Made by a program: the position numbers and the translations under genes. Below are positions 48,105-59,236 of a DNA stretch of 64,000 nt, in pieces (the first letter of the stretch is position 1; the number at the start of each line of letters is the position of its first letter). The notes below the pieces were generated by a model. It was not told the DNA's origin and did no database searches. It worked only from the letters and a program-made list of their open reading frames with translations. Source of the stretch: an uncultured Mycoplasma sp. (GTDB taxonomy: Bacteria; Bacillota_I; Bacilli_A; RF39; UBA660); assembly GCA_946500895.1 (NCBI GenBank), contig CAMMXG010000003.1, forward strand, positions 99 to 64,098, in the 5' to 3' direction.

Positions 48105-48959
48105 TTATTTTATTTTACTAATAATCCAAGTTGGTAAATATACAAGTAATATTTTAAATTTACTTGGATGTTCTTTTAGTATTTGTTTAAATTTCTTTTT
48201 ACCATAAATACTAAATAAAACATATCCATATACATTATATATTTTTTTATCTAAATTGTATAGTTCTTTAAAATATAATGCATTCCCTAGAGGGTTTGAC
48301 TTTACAAGTTTAAAATAATTACTTGTATATCCATCAGGTAAATATTCTGCATAACGTATTACATTAGATTTGTATTTAAACTTATATTTTAGTGATATCC
48401 TATTGTTGATTAATGCTTCCGGAATGAATTTTTCACCACTAATAATTGGCATTGGATATTGTTTAGCAATATTAGATTTTATTACTTGTAATTTATCTCC
48501 CTGTACTTTGTATTTGTGATAAATATCAAAATAAGTATCAATTACATTGTTTGGTAAAGACGTGCCAATTATTTTTTCTTTATTATATGTGTACGCAACA
48601 TTATAAACCAATCCAGCAACATTTTCATTGTTCTTTATTTCCTTATAGTCTTGTAAAATAATCTCAACAGCATCTTTTGATAATAAGTCATCATCATCTA
48701 AACATAAAAGTAATTCTCCTGTTGATTTTTCAACTCCTAAATTATAAGCACTTGGTTTCCCACCATTTTCCTTTTTATAGTATTTAATATTCAACTCTTT
48801 TTTCTTTTGAAATTCTTTTACAACTTTATCAGTGTTATCTTTAGAGCCATCATTAATAATTATCCATTCAAAATTTTTATTTGTTTGATTTAGTAAACAT
48901 TGATAAATATTGGATAATAACTTAGCTCTATTATACGTTGGGGTTATAATACTAATCAT
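48105..48959 (-). CDS. glycosyltransferase family 2
   Basis: ISIITPTYNR, INDGSKD and LDDDD motifs. Confidence 0.8.
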   Translation of the reverse strand: MISIITPTYNRAKLLSNIYQCLLNQTNKNFEWIIINDGSKDNTDKVVKEFQKKKELNIKYYKKENGGKPSAYNLGVEKSTGELLLCLDDDDLLSKDAVEIILQDYKEIKNNENVAGLVYNVAYTYNKEKIIGTSLPNNVIDTYFDIYHKYKVQGDKLQVIKSNIAKQYPMPIISGEKFIPEALINNRISLKYKFKYKSNVIRYAEYLPDGYTSNYFKLVKSNPLGNALYFKELYNLDKKIYNVYGYVLFSIYGKKKFKQILKEHPSKFKILLVYLPTWIISKIK

Positions 48960-48967
48960 GATTCCTC

Positions 48968-50092
48968 CTATTTAAATATGTTTCGCCATTTCTTTATTAT
49001 GGATGTGACTCTATATTTTTCGGCTTCTTTTTTAGCGTTTGTTCCAAATTCCTGAAGTTTTATCTTATCATTTATTAAACTATTGATTTTTTTGGCCATT
49101 TCTTCTTTATCTCTGTTCGCAATTAAATATCCAGTTTGTCCGTTTTTTACAATTTCTCTTGGCCCAGTTAAAATATCAAAAGATATAACTGGTAGACCGC
49201 AATCGTATGATTCTAATAGTACCATTGGAAAACATTCACTAATAGATGTCATAACATATATATCAGATTTTAACATATATTTTTCAACTTCATTTGAATT
49301 TACAAAGCCAGGCATTATAACACTATCTTCTAATTTTAAGTCTTTAATTCTTTTAGTTATTCGTTCTTTTTCTTCCCCATCACCTAAAAGGTATAATTTT
49401 AAATCTTCATTTTTCTTTTTGGCTAAATAAAATACATCTATTAAACTTATAAAATCTTTGATATAATTTAGGCGCCCTACAGATATAATTGAATTATTAT
49501 TTAGTTTACTACACTCTTTAGTGGTACTATCTAAAATATTTTCGATCCTTTTGATAGCTACATCACTATTTTTAAACCACTTGTTATATAGAGATTCATG
49601 ATATTTACTAATTACAATTATATAGCTTAAGTTTTTGTAACCTTTAGTGATTTCTTCTTTATACTTACTAGTTTCAATATAATTATGCTCTTGAGTTAGT
49701 TTAATTGCTTTTTTAGAACCATATTTACTTAATAATTTTCCATATTCGCATCTAGTTGAAAAATAAATATCACTATCATTTTTTTTAATTTCTTTTATTA
49801 TTAAATGCTTCTTCAAAAATAAAATTTTAGCAGATTTTATTCCTTCCTTTAAAACTTTAATTACTTTTTTACTCTTAAGACTTTCTTTAAGCTCTTCTTT
49901 ATTAGGCTTTCCGTTATATAAGTATTTTATATCAATTTTTGGGTTAATATAATATGCTGGTTTATCAGATAATTTATAGAATGAAATAATTTCAATTTTA
50001 TAATAATCCGCTAAATAATTGGCCATTGTGATAGTTTGTTTTTCAACACCACCATATCCCAAATGAAGCATTAAAATTTTAATTTTTTTCAT
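48968..50092 (-). CDS. glycosyltransferase family 4 (GT-B)
   Basis: LGYGGVEKQ N-terminus and TSISECFPMVLLESYDCGLPVIS (EX7E) motif. Confidence 0.8.
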   Translation of the reverse strand: MKKIKILMLHLGYGGVEKQTITMANYLADYYKIEIISFYKLSDKPAYYINPKIDIKYLYNGKPNKEELKESLKSKKVIKVLKEGIKSAKILFLKKHLIIKEIKKNDSDIYFSTRCEYGKLLSKYGSKKAIKLTQEHNYIETSKYKEEITKGYKNLSYIIVISKYHESLYNKWFKNSDVAIKRIENILDSTTKECSKLNNNSIISVGRLNYIKDFISLIDVFYLAKKKNEDLKLYLLGDGEEKERITKRIKDLKLEDSVIMPGFVNSNEVEKYMLKSDIYVMTSISECFPMVLLESYDCGLPVISFDILTGPREIVKNGQTGYLIANRDKEEMAKKINSLINDKIKLQEFGTNAKKEAEKYRVTSIIKKWRNIFK

Positions 50093-51023
50093 TTTTACCT
50101 CGTAATATTAACCCAGGAAAATAATAGAATGCAAGTTTTTTTAATTTTCTTTTTAAGGTATTATCAAGTAAATATCGATAAAGCTTTCTTTGTTTTATTT
50201 CAATAAATGCAATTTTTCTGTTTTTGCCTTTTAATGATTTTGCTTTATTTATTACTCCGTTTGCATAATAACTACTTAAATATGATCTTACTTTTTCATC
50301 TTTTATTTTTTGTATAATTGTTATGTTTTTATCATAATAATATAGTATGTCTTGAAACTTTTGATAAGCTTTTTTTTCATCATTTGTGGTCATAATACTA
50401 TTCTCACGAATAATATAATTATAGCCAATATAATCTATACTGCTTATTTTTTTTGCTTTTGAAAGTATTATAGGGGTTAATCCATAATCTTCATGGCTTT
50501 TTCCTTTAGTGTATAAAAAATTATTTTTTTTCCAAAAATTGTAATTATAACAATATAACCATGCTGGTTCAAATAACTCATCTTTTAATAAAAGTGGCAA
50601 TGCGGTTAATAAATCCAAATTATTAAAATTGGTTTTGAAACAATGTATTACTTCATCTTTTTTTATCATGTCTACGCCAAATTTAACTATGTCTACATTA
50701 TTTTTCATTAACTCATTGTTTAACATTTCTAATAGTTGTACATTAACATAATCATCGCTATCTATAAATAATAAGTAATCTCCTGTAACATATTTTAAGC
50801 CATAATTTCTTGCATCTGAAAGTCCACCATTTTCTTTTTTATAATACCTAAATTTTGGCTTATTTTTTATAAAATTTGAGATTATTTTTTCAGATTTGTC
50901 AGGCGAACCATCATTTATAATAATTACTTCAAAATTCACATATGTTTGTCTTTCAATGCTTTTTAAGCACTTTTCTATATATTCTTCTACATTATAAACT
51001 GGTATTATAATACTAAACTTCAT
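50079..51023 (-). CDS. glycosyltransferase family 2
   Basis: FSIIIPVYNVEEY, INDGSPD and IDSDD motifs. Confidence 0.8.
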   Translation of the reverse strand: MKFSIIIPVYNVEEYIEKCLKSIERQTYVNFEVIIINDGSPDKSEKIISNFIKNKPKFRYYKKENGGLSDARNYGLKYVTGDYLLFIDSDDYVNVQLLEMLNNELMKNNVDIVKFGVDMIKKDEVIHCFKTNFNNLDLLTALPLLLKDELFEPAWLYCYNYNFWKKNNFLYTKGKSHEDYGLTPIILSKAKKISSIDYIGYNYIIRENSIMTTNDEKKAYQKFQDILYYYDKNITIIQKIKDEKVRSYLSSYYANGVINKAKSLKGKNRKIAFIEIKQRKLYRYLLDNTLKRKLKKLAFYYFPGLILRGKNEKN

Positions 51024-52195
51024 TATTCCTCCATATTTTCTATTATTTCTACAAAATTAAAATAATACTTTTTCTCATTATATTCTATACTTTGTTTATA
51101 AGCCTCTAGTCCTAGTTGCTTGCATAATTCGGGATTTTTGTATAATTTTATCATATTTTTATATAAAGAATTAATGAGATTTTTGTCTTTATTAATAAAA
51201 ATTACTGCATCAGCAGTTGCATACTCAACATTACCGCCACTCTTGGTACTTATAATTGCTTTTTTATTTGCCATTGCTTCTATTAATGTTATTTGTGCTG
51301 CCTCTTCACATATTGAAGAAAATACACATATATCCATTATATCTAAATATCTATATAATTCATTATTGTCTACATAGCCTGTTATCTTAATTCGTTCATT
51401 TGAATCTTTAACTAAGTTGTTTATTTCTTCATTATAAGTTGAGGTTTCGTTAGTATTAAAATTATAAGAGCCAACAATCAATAACTTAATATTTTTTCCC
51501 TCTATTTTTAAATAGGCTTCTATTATTTCTTTTACCCCTTTTATAGGTATAATTCTACCATAATAACCTATTATGAAGTCTTCATCTTTAAAACCTAATT
51601 TATTTTTTAATTTTATTTTTTCACTTTCGGTAATATGTCTGTCAAAGCTTTTAAAGTTAATACAATTTTTTAAAATATAAATTTTTTTGATAGAAGATGT
51701 TTGCTTCCATTCTTTTTTGATAAAATCGCTTGGTACAATTACTGAATTAAATGTGGCATCAGTTCTTTTATCACTTCTACAATGACTATGTAAGTGTAAA
51801 ATCATTTGTTCCTTCTTAAAATATTTTAAATAATGTGTAAACTTATCAAAAGCACCTGCTTCAATTATTATTTTATCAAACTTTTTTCTCTTTATTTTGT
51901 TTAAACATATCTCGTTATAAGTGTTTAGTTTTTTATCACTAACTTTATTTTTTAATTTTACTAATAGAGATAATAATATATAATGTAAATTCATTTTTAT
52001 AAATACAAAGTCAGTATTTTTATATTTTTGAGCTTTTTGTTTAGCTTTTTTGTCATAAATAGAAATTATAGTTAGCTCTAGTTTTTTTTCTTTTTCATTT
52101 TGATCAGATAATAAATTTAGTAAAGTTTCAATTGCTCCTCCATTGACAGCAGGAACTGGTAAACCTTTAGGAACAATCATACATATTTTTTTCAT
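51023..52195 (-). CDS. glycosyltransferase family 4 (GT-B)
   Basis: PAVNGGAIE N-terminus and SSICEEAAQITLIEAMANKKAIIS (EX7E) motif. Confidence 0.75.
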   Translation of the reverse strand: MKKICMIVPKGLPVPAVNGGAIETLLNLLSDQNEKEKKLELTIISIYDKKAKQKAQKYKNTDFVFIKMNLHYILLSLLVKLKNKVSDKKLNTYNEICLNKIKRKKFDKIIIEAGAFDKFTHYLKYFKKEQMILHLHSHCRSDKRTDATFNSVIVPSDFIKKEWKQTSSIKKIYILKNCINFKSFDRHITESEKIKLKNKLGFKDEDFIIGYYGRIIPIKGVKEIIEAYLKIEGKNIKLLIVGSYNFNTNETSTYNEEINNLVKDSNERIKITGYVDNNELYRYLDIMDICVFSSICEEAAQITLIEAMANKKAIISTKSGGNVEYATADAVIFINKDKNLINSLYKNMIKLYKNPELCKQLGLEAYKQSIEYNEKKYYFNFVEIIENMEE

Positions 52196-52205
52196 TTGTT
52201 CTCCT

Positions 52206-53120
52206 TTAAAGTGTGTTTTTGTAGAAAATTTTCTTTAATCTTTTTAGACAATTATGGTTTCTTTTTTTTATTCTATATTTATTTAATATTTTGTCTTTAA
52301 TAGATATCTTTGCTTCTTTTTTTTCTCTAACACTGAGATGTTCTCCACTATATTCTTTTAAAGGCATAAACCAGTCACTTTTTATTACGTTATATCTTTC
52401 TTTATGCGTTCTACTTATCATTAACAAAATAGTTTGATCGTCATCAATAAAACCGAATTCTATTAATTTTTGCATTGCTTCTTTGTTATCTATCCAAAAT
52501 TGCTTTGCTAAGCCAGACGGAACAATGTACATAGCTCCCATTATATAAACATCATAAGATTGAATTATTTGAAATAGTGGCTTTTTATCATCGCCTTTTA
52601 TACTAAATAAAGTTATTTTATCTTCTGGTAAATCCGTCTTCCACAAAAAATCAAATTCTTTTGGATTTGTATATAAATCCCCACCATGGTTAAAACCAAA
52701 GTCTATCCAAGCCAATTGCCCTTTTGCATACCCTTTTTCTACAGCATCCTTTAAGCACCAGCTTTTTAGTAACATTACATAGTCATACATTGCATTGTTA
52801 TCTGCTGGATTATCCATATAACGATATAATAAAAAACTTGGACTATTAGAGATTGCTTCCATATCTTTATAGAGTTCTGGCTCAATCGATAAAAAATCAT
52901 CTAAAATAACTATTTTCGTTTTATCAAATAATCCAAATTCTTTTCTAACTTCTTTTACTTTCTTTGCCATGATGTTATTTGTATAAACAACGATGTTATT
53001 TTGGATTCTTGCCCAAAATTTAAAATATTCTAAATATTGTTCGTTTGATCTTGAAAATTCACTAAATTCTTTCCTTCCTATGTCAAAAAACGCCGTTACT
53101 ATTGTTAATTCTTTTTTCAT
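52206..53120 (-). CDS. HtrL/YibB-family protein (putative glycosyltransferase)
   Basis: TIVTAFFDIGR, AWIDFGFNH and IDDDQT motifs parallel E. coli HtrL (TIITAYFDIGR, AWIDFGYCH, VDDDQG). Start set at the ATG at 53120 with an AGGAG RBS. Confidence 0.7.
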   Translation of the reverse strand: MKKELTIVTAFFDIGRKEFSEFSRSNEQYLEYFKFWARIQNNIVVYTNNIMAKKVKEVRKEFGLFDKTKIVILDDFLSIEPELYKDMEAISNSPSFLLYRYMDNPADNNAMYDYVMLLKSWCLKDAVEKGYAKGQLAWIDFGFNHGGDLYTNPKEFDFLWKTDLPEDKITLFSIKGDDKKPLFQIIQSYDVYIMGAMYIVPSGLAKQFWIDNKEAMQKLIEFGFIDDDQTILLMISRTHKERYNVIKSDWFMPLKEYSGEHLSVREKKEAKISIKDKILNKYRIKKRNHNCLKRLKKIFYKNTL

Positions 53121-53133
53121 ATTTTTTCTCCTT

Positions 53134-54675
53134 TCAATTTTCATTATTTTTCTTTATTGACAGTTTTAATTTAATTATATTTACAATCATTTTTATTTCT
53201 TCCTTATTTAATAATATAAGTAGATTTATTAATAATCCTAATATTCCACAAGTAAATATACTAATTATAAGAGTTATCCAATTATTTATTGGTAAAAAAA
53301 TTTTTACTAAGGCAAAGCATCCTATCATTAATAATGTTGATATTAAATATTTTCCAATTGTTGGAAAAAATGTTGATGATTTTACATTTAGACATTTAGT
53401 AGCATAAAATGGAACAATTAAAAATCCTTTAATAGCCCCAATGACAGCACTTCCACCAACTATTGCATAAGCACCTAAATTAGTGGTTTGAAGAAGTGCT
53501 AGTACCAGTACTATTGAAATAATTGAGCTTATTAAGGCCATTATAGCATTTGTTTTTACTTTATTTGTAATAGTAAATACATTATATAGAGGACTTATTA
53601 ACCCACCCACAAAAATATTTATAAAAGTTATAATGCATAAGATAGTTAAAAACTTAGTTTCTATGTTTGGCATCCATAATGTACAGAAAGCTATTCCAAA
53701 TACTATAATATAGGCAAAAGGTATGTTCCCAAAAATGCCGCTAATTTTCATTGATTTAATAATTTCTTCTTTGGTATTTTCATAATCATCGTGTGCATAG
53801 TATTCCAATGCTTGCGGTTGAAAGACTGTAACAATATTTGATATAATTGTATTGAATGCGGTGCTTGGTACCTTTGCTATTGCAACTATACCCATTGTAG
53901 AAGCGCCAACAAATATATTACTTATTAATAAATCTAATCCATCGGCAATTACATTTCCTAAATTGGTTATGGAATTCCATAATCCACTACTTAGTAATAT
54001 TTTTATTTTCTTTATTGAGAAATACTTTTTCTTAATTTTTATATTGGGTAATAATTGCTTAGTATATTTGATATTAAAAATCAATATATAAATTGATGCA
54101 ATTAAAGTTGCTATACCAACATAAAAAACTGCTGGTTTAAAAATTAAAAATAAGACTAATATTAAAATAAATTTTAATATTGTAGATTCCATATTCCTTA
54201 ATGAAGACAAATATAATTTGTTTTTGCAGTAAGTAGCAACTGTAAACACTCCACCGATTAATGTTATGAAAAAGTTGATAAAGATTAATAAAAACAGCAT
54301 TTTTACATCAAAGATCAATTCTGTTGGTATGTTGATAACTTGATCAAGATAAAGTATCAAAATTATCGAAGGAATCATTAGAACTGCTATGATTATTATG
54401 TTAGCAATTAGTACTGAACTAAAAAATTTATTAGCTGTTTTTTCTTTTCCTTTATGTATATTTAACGTTATAAATCTTGATGCCATTGAATTTATCGCTG
54501 TAGTAAAAATAGTTGCATAACTTATAAAATTATTAGCTAGAGAAATAAACCCGTATGCACTATCACCAATATAATCAACAATATATCGAGATAAGCAAAA
54601 ATTTATGATAGTATTAATAACTAGTACTAATAATGTAGTTATTAAGTTTATGAACAACTGCTTATTTTTTGTCAT
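53134..54675 (-). CDS. wzx: Wzx-type oligosaccharide flippase (MOP superfamily)
   Basis: 513 aa with ~14 TM helices, in a polysaccharide-biosynthesis context. Confidence 0.75.
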   Translation of the reverse strand: MTKNKQLFINLITTLLVLVINTIINFCLSRYIVDYIGDSAYGFISLANNFISYATIFTTAINSMASRFITLNIHKGKEKTANKFFSSVLIANIIIIAVLMIPSIILILYLDQVINIPTELIFDVKMLFLLIFINFFITLIGGVFTVATYCKNKLYLSSLRNMESTILKFILILVLFLIFKPAVFYVGIATLIASIYILIFNIKYTKQLLPNIKIKKKYFSIKKIKILLSSGLWNSITNLGNVIADGLDLLISNIFVGASTMGIVAIAKVPSTAFNTIISNIVTVFQPQALEYYAHDDYENTKEEIIKSMKISGIFGNIPFAYIIVFGIAFCTLWMPNIETKFLTILCIITFINIFVGGLISPLYNVFTITNKVKTNAIMALISSIISIVLVLALLQTTNLGAYAIVGGSAVIGAIKGFLIVPFYATKCLNVKSSTFFPTIGKYLISTLLMIGCFALVKIFLPINNWITLIISIFTCGILGLLINLLILLNKEEIKMIVNIIKLKLSIKKNNEN

Positions 54676-55673
54676 TATTTCTTCTTTGCAAAATTATATG
54701 CACTTTTTAACATTTCCTCTAGCCCTAATTTTGCTTCCCAATTTAATTTTTCTTTAGCATAACTTGGATCTGCGTAACATATAGCAATATCTCCAGGCCG
54801 TCTCTTTACTATTTTATATGGAATTTCAACATTATTTACTTTTTCAAAAGTTTTAACTAAATCTAATACACTATATCCTTTTCCCGTTCCTAAATTATAA
54901 TAATCAATACCTTTATGTTTTAGAATATAATCTAAACTATTTAAGTGTCCTTTAGCTAGATCTACTACATGAATATAGTCTCTTACTCCTGTTCCATCAG
55001 GAGTATCATAATCATTGCCAAATACATTTAAATATGGTAATTCTTTGTTTGCTACTTTTACAATGTATGGTACTAAATTATTTGGAATACCATTTGGTTC
55101 TTCTCCTATAAGACCACTTTCATGTGCTCCTACAGGATTAAAGTATCTTAAAATTGCTATACTCCAATCATTATCAGAAATATATAAATCTTTTAATATT
55201 CCTTCAATATATAATTTTGTAGCGCCATATGGATTCGTTACCGATAATCTACATTTTTCATCAATTGGTAGTCTTTCTGGGTCTCCATATACCGTTGCAC
55301 TAGACGAAAATACAAATTTCTTGCAATTAAATTCTTGCATTACTTCTAATAATGATAAAGTAGTATCAAGATTATTACGATAATACATTAAAGGCTTGGC
55401 CACTGATTCTCCTACAGCTTTATAACCGGCAAAATGCATTACAGCTTCAATTTCATTTTCAGAAAATATTTTTCGCAATAGTTCTTTGTCGCAAACATCG
55501 CCTTCGTAAAATTTAAACTTTTTACCTGTTATTTTTTCAACGTTTTCAATAGCCTTTGGCTTTGAATTATAGAAATTATCTACTACGACAATTTCATATC
55601 CAGCGTCTAGTAATTCTACCGCTGCATGAGAGCCTATATATCCAGCTCCACCTGTTACTAATATTTTTTTCAT
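54675..55673 (-). CDS. galE: UDP-glucose 4-epimerase
   Basis: ILVTGGAGYIGSH, catalytic YGATK, and overall GalE-length SDR. Confidence 0.9.
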   Translation of the reverse strand: MKKILVTGGAGYIGSHAAVELLDAGYEIVVVDNFYNSKPKAIENVEKITGKKFKFYEGDVCDKELLRKIFSENEIEAVMHFAGYKAVGESVAKPLMYYRNNLDTTLSLLEVMQEFNCKKFVFSSSATVYGDPERLPIDEKCRLSVTNPYGATKLYIEGILKDLYISDNDWSIAILRYFNPVGAHESGLIGEEPNGIPNNLVPYIVKVANKELPYLNVFGNDYDTPDGTGVRDYIHVVDLAKGHLNSLDYILKHKGIDYYNLGTGKGYSVLDLVKTFEKVNNVEIPYKIVKRRPGDIAICYADPSYAKEKLNWEAKLGLEEMLKSAYNFAKKK

Positions 55674-56728
55674 TTTTTACCTTCTTTCTTTTTTCTATGA
55701 TCAAATAATATATTAGTCTTTAATATTAAGAATAAGAAAAATACCATTAAAACTACATATAAAGCAATCGCTTGTTTATTATCACCTAAGACAAATAAAA
55801 TTGAAGCAAGTGAGAATAAAGCATTAATAATGTAAATGATAATTACTGTTTTTCTAGTTGATGATGTCATTCTAAGTAGCTGATGGTGTAAATGCTCTTT
55901 ATCTGGAGTTCCTATTGATTCGCCTTTTAATACTCTTCTAATAATTGCAAATAGCGTATCAAATATTGGAATTGTTAAAAGAATGATTGGAATAATAATT
56001 GATGTCATCGTTGCTACTTTATATCCCAATAAAGCAATTACAGCGATCATAAATCCTAAGAACATGCTTCCTGTATCCCCCATAAATATTTTTGCTGGAG
56101 GAAAATTGTGGACTAAGAATCCCATGGTACTTCCTATCATAATGACTGCTAAAATAACATCTAGTCCACCTAAGCTATTAAGAACAAAGCCAATTATGGC
56201 AATGGTGATAAAATAAATTGTACTAATTCCAGCTGCCAATCCATCTAGTCCGTCTATTAAATTAATAATGTTTATACAAGCTACTACAAATATAATTGAT
56301 AAAATCATATTAACCCATGTAGGAAATTCGAATACCATTCCAAATAAAGTAATATTCGTAAAGTATAGTTCGCCATAGATAACTGCTATTATAGCAGCAA
56401 TTATTTGAGCTAATAATTTATACCTTGCCTTTATGGGATTTATATCATCAACTATTCCCGTTATAATAATAAGAAAACCTGCTATTAATACACTTAACAT
56501 TTGGGTTGATACAGTTCCATATAACATGTAGCCAATTATAAATGCTCCAAATATTGCTAAACCGCCTAATCTTGGCATTGGTTTTTTATGTACTTTTCTT
56601 TCGTTTGGTATATCCATTGCATTAACATGTACCGCGATTTTTTTCACAATTACGGTTAATAACATGCTTGCAATTAAAGTTATAAAAAATATATTAAAAA
56701 TATTATAGCCATTTATTTCTAAATCCAT
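55670..56728 (-). CDS. tagO: undecaprenyl-phosphate N-acetylhexosamine-1-phosphate transferase (MraY/WecA family)
   Basis: VHKKPMPRLGG, DDINPI, NLIDGLDGLA and MGDTGSMFLG motifs. Confidence 0.85.
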   Translation of the reverse strand: MDLEINGYNIFNIFFITLIASMLLTVIVKKIAVHVNAMDIPNERKVHKKPMPRLGGLAIFGAFIIGYMLYGTVSTQMLSVLIAGFLIIITGIVDDINPIKARYKLLAQIIAAIIAVIYGELYFTNITLFGMVFEFPTWVNMILSIIFVVACINIINLIDGLDGLAAGISTIYFITIAIIGFVLNSLGGLDVILAVIMIGSTMGFLVHNFPPAKIFMGDTGSMFLGFMIAVIALLGYKVATMTSIIIPIILLTIPIFDTLFAIIRRVLKGESIGTPDKEHLHHQLLRMTSSTRKTVIIIYIINALFSLASILFVLGDNKQAIALYVVLMVFFLFLILKTNILFDHRKKKEGKK

Positions 56729-56807
56729 TTTACCACCTATTTTTTTAATTATAACATATTTATTTTAAAGTTTAAACTTAATATAGAGTATATTTCGTAT
56801 TTTTAGA

Positions 56808-59123
56808 CTATTTTCTTAAATTTGTAGCCCAATAATAATTAACTTTAATAAATTCATCAATAGCATTTTGATAATTGCTACTTGATGAAGAAACATATTC
56901 TCCTTCTTCTTTATAATAAATTGGATTAATTACTTCTATTTGTTTTTTTAATTCACTAGTATATTTTAAATATTCATTTCCTTCATATCCAATATATTCA
57001 AATAATTCATTCATTAAATAGTTTGGACTAATTGTATCTAATTCACCAGTAAAATCCTTATCAAATATTTCTTTGGCACTATCATTTGCATGAATAACAT
57101 AAGGAATACTATAATAGTTTTCAAAACCATCAACTGTTGATAAATCCATGGTTATTCCTAATTCTTCATATGCATTAGTGCCTTCACCCAAATAAGGATT
57201 ATGATCACCAAAGAAAATTAAAATAGTTGGTTCATCGTAATTATCTAAATATTCAACTAATTCATATAGTGCTTCATTTGAGTCTTTTATTCCTCTTAAA
57301 TAATTATTAATTGTATTATAGGTTTCAGATGAATAATCTTTATTTTCAATGTATGATTCTATTAAACTAGTACTTTCATATGGGCCATGATTTTGATAAG
57401 TAACTGAGAAGTTAAAGTAATATTCATTGTTTGCATTTGCTTCTTCTAGCCCTTTTATAATTTCTGAATATAATTCGTTGTCATTAGCAAAACTTGCCCA
57501 TCCGTTATAACTCCAAAATTTATTTTCATAATTCCAGTAATTATCAAATCCTAAATTTGCATTTATTGTATTTCTGTTATAGAAAGCTCCATATATTGGA
57601 TGCATTGCTTCAACTATGTATCCTTGTTCTTTAAAATATCTGGCATATGAATTTGTTTCTTTTCTAAATGATGGAAATTCATAGAAACCAGTTATGAAGT
57701 GTCTTTCTGTACTTACCGTTCCTCCGCCAAAAATATCTACTACTATGTTTCCATGTAATGAATTCTCTTCTATTTCGTGTAATTTCTCATAAACATCATC
57801 TGTAAATGTAATTGAATCAAATTTTGAAAAATCGTTATATGCTTCTAACATAATAGCAATTATGTTCACTTTCTTATCTTCTGGAATATCATCATATGTA
57901 TATTCATTTAAAATTTCTTTTACTTCTTCTTCGTTATAACCTACCGGCTCATTATCTAAAATTTCTGTAGCACTATAAATAAAAGGATATATTAACCCTC
58001 TTATTTGCGATTGTCTAGTTGCTATCCAAATATTTATATTTTCTGTATTACCTACACTATTATAAATTTCAGCATTAGTATATATTTTTTGATAAGCAAA
58101 AAAACTAATTATTAGTAATAGTATTGTTATAGGAATTGAATATCTGTTTTTTAAATTTAATTTTTTATAATATTTTTTTAGTAATAATATAATTAAGAAG
58201 CACAATAAAATACAAACTATAGTATACCAACGAATTATTATGTCATATCTGCTTGTCATCAGTAATGCTTCTTTAAAAAGAGTAATATCTTCTATTTTAA
58301 ATACATCATCACGATAATATAATTTTGTTTTATTAATGATTCCAATAATAAATACCAAAATGGATGTTAAAGAAAAAGAAGTCCATAATCTTTTTGTTGC
58401 AAATAATAAAACGAGTATAATTAATAAAATTGGAAGCAAATTTAATAGTAGTAATTTTATATCATTCAAATAGTTTCCAATCATAATGGTGTCTAGATAT
58501 ACTGTCGTAAAAGTAAATGAGATCAATAATAGCAATATACATAAAAATATAGGCATTAAATATCTAAATAATTTTTTTAGAGCAAAATTTATCTTGTTAT
58601 TTTTATAGCTAATAAATAAAAAGCCTTTTTTTACATAAATATATTTTGATTTAAATAAATTTACATTTTTAAAAGTATTATAATAAGATTCTTGGTAATT
58701 CTCACTAGTTTTGTTAATTTGATTTGTATAGCTTATTAAATCCATTTCATAATTTTGATTTAGCTTTGGTGCAATTAATTTTTCTTTCTTCAAAAATGGT
58801 TTTACTATTAATTCGGGACTAGTAGAAAAAACAGTATTATTCATAGAAGATTGATCTATATACCATTCATTTATTTTTTTCTGATGTGTTTCTTTAAATT
58901 CTTTAATTATCATATCTATATTATTTAGCTTGTTTAAATATTTGTGATAATTTTTCTTTTTAGCAATTTCCGCTTTTAATGATATTAGACTTAATAAAGA
59001 AATTAGAATATGAATTAAAATATAGACATAAAGTTTTTTATTTTTCTTGCAGCAAAAAAGGAAAAAATCTCTATCTATATTTCCTCTATAAATTATTTTA
59101 TTAAATTGATATACTTTTTTCAA
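56808..59123 (-). CDS. LTA-synthase-family sulfatase-fold protein with N-terminal degenerate HAD-IB-like domain
   Basis: N-terminal VYQFNKIIYRGNIDRDFF...STSPELIVKPF parallels YDFDKTIYNGDSSIDFF...TASPDFLIEPI of the 39744 HAD, but with DxD replaced by QxN. This is followed by TM helices and a sulfatase domain (IAIMLEAYN, GGTVSTERHF, FFGDHNPY). Confidence 0.75.
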   Translation of the reverse strand: MKKVYQFNKIIYRGNIDRDFFLFCCKKNKKLYVYILIHILISLLSLISLKAEIAKKKNYHKYLNKLNNIDMIIKEFKETHQKKINEWYIDQSSMNNTVFSTSPELIVKPFLKKEKLIAPKLNQNYEMDLISYTNQINKTSENYQESYYNTFKNVNLFKSKYIYVKKGFLFISYKNNKINFALKKLFRYLMPIFLCILLLLISFTFTTVYLDTIMIGNYLNDIKLLLLNLLPILLIILVLLFATKRLWTSFSLTSILVFIIGIINKTKLYYRDDVFKIEDITLFKEALLMTSRYDIIIRWYTIVCILLCFLIILLLKKYYKKLNLKNRYSIPITILLLIISFFAYQKIYTNAEIYNSVGNTENINIWIATRQSQIRGLIYPFIYSATEILDNEPVGYNEEEVKEILNEYTYDDIPEDKKVNIIAIMLEAYNDFSKFDSITFTDDVYEKLHEIEENSLHGNIVVDIFGGGTVSTERHFITGFYEFPSFRKETNSYARYFKEQGYIVEAMHPIYGAFYNRNTINANLGFDNYWNYENKFWSYNGWASFANDNELYSEIIKGLEEANANNEYYFNFSVTYQNHGPYESTSLIESYIENKDYSSETYNTINNYLRGIKDSNEALYELVEYLDNYDEPTILIFFGDHNPYLGEGTNAYEELGITMDLSTVDGFENYYSIPYVIHANDSAKEIFDKDFTGELDTISPNYLMNELFEYIGYEGNEYLKYTSELKKQIEVINPIYYKEEGEYVSSSSSNYQNAIDEFIKVNYYWATNLRK

Positions 59124-59192
59124 CTTAAGCCCTCCTTTAAATTTAAACTTATTTTAACACAAATTACTTTGATCATGCAAATTATAGCTATA

Positions 59193-59222
59193 TAAAAAAC
59201 ATGAGATTAAAATACTCATGTC
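59193..59222 (-). terminator. intrinsic terminator after the YugP-like gene
   Basis: Minus strand reads ACATGAG / CTCATGT 7-bp stem followed by TTTTT. Confidence 0.55.
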
Positions 59223-59236
59223 TAATTTATAATTAT

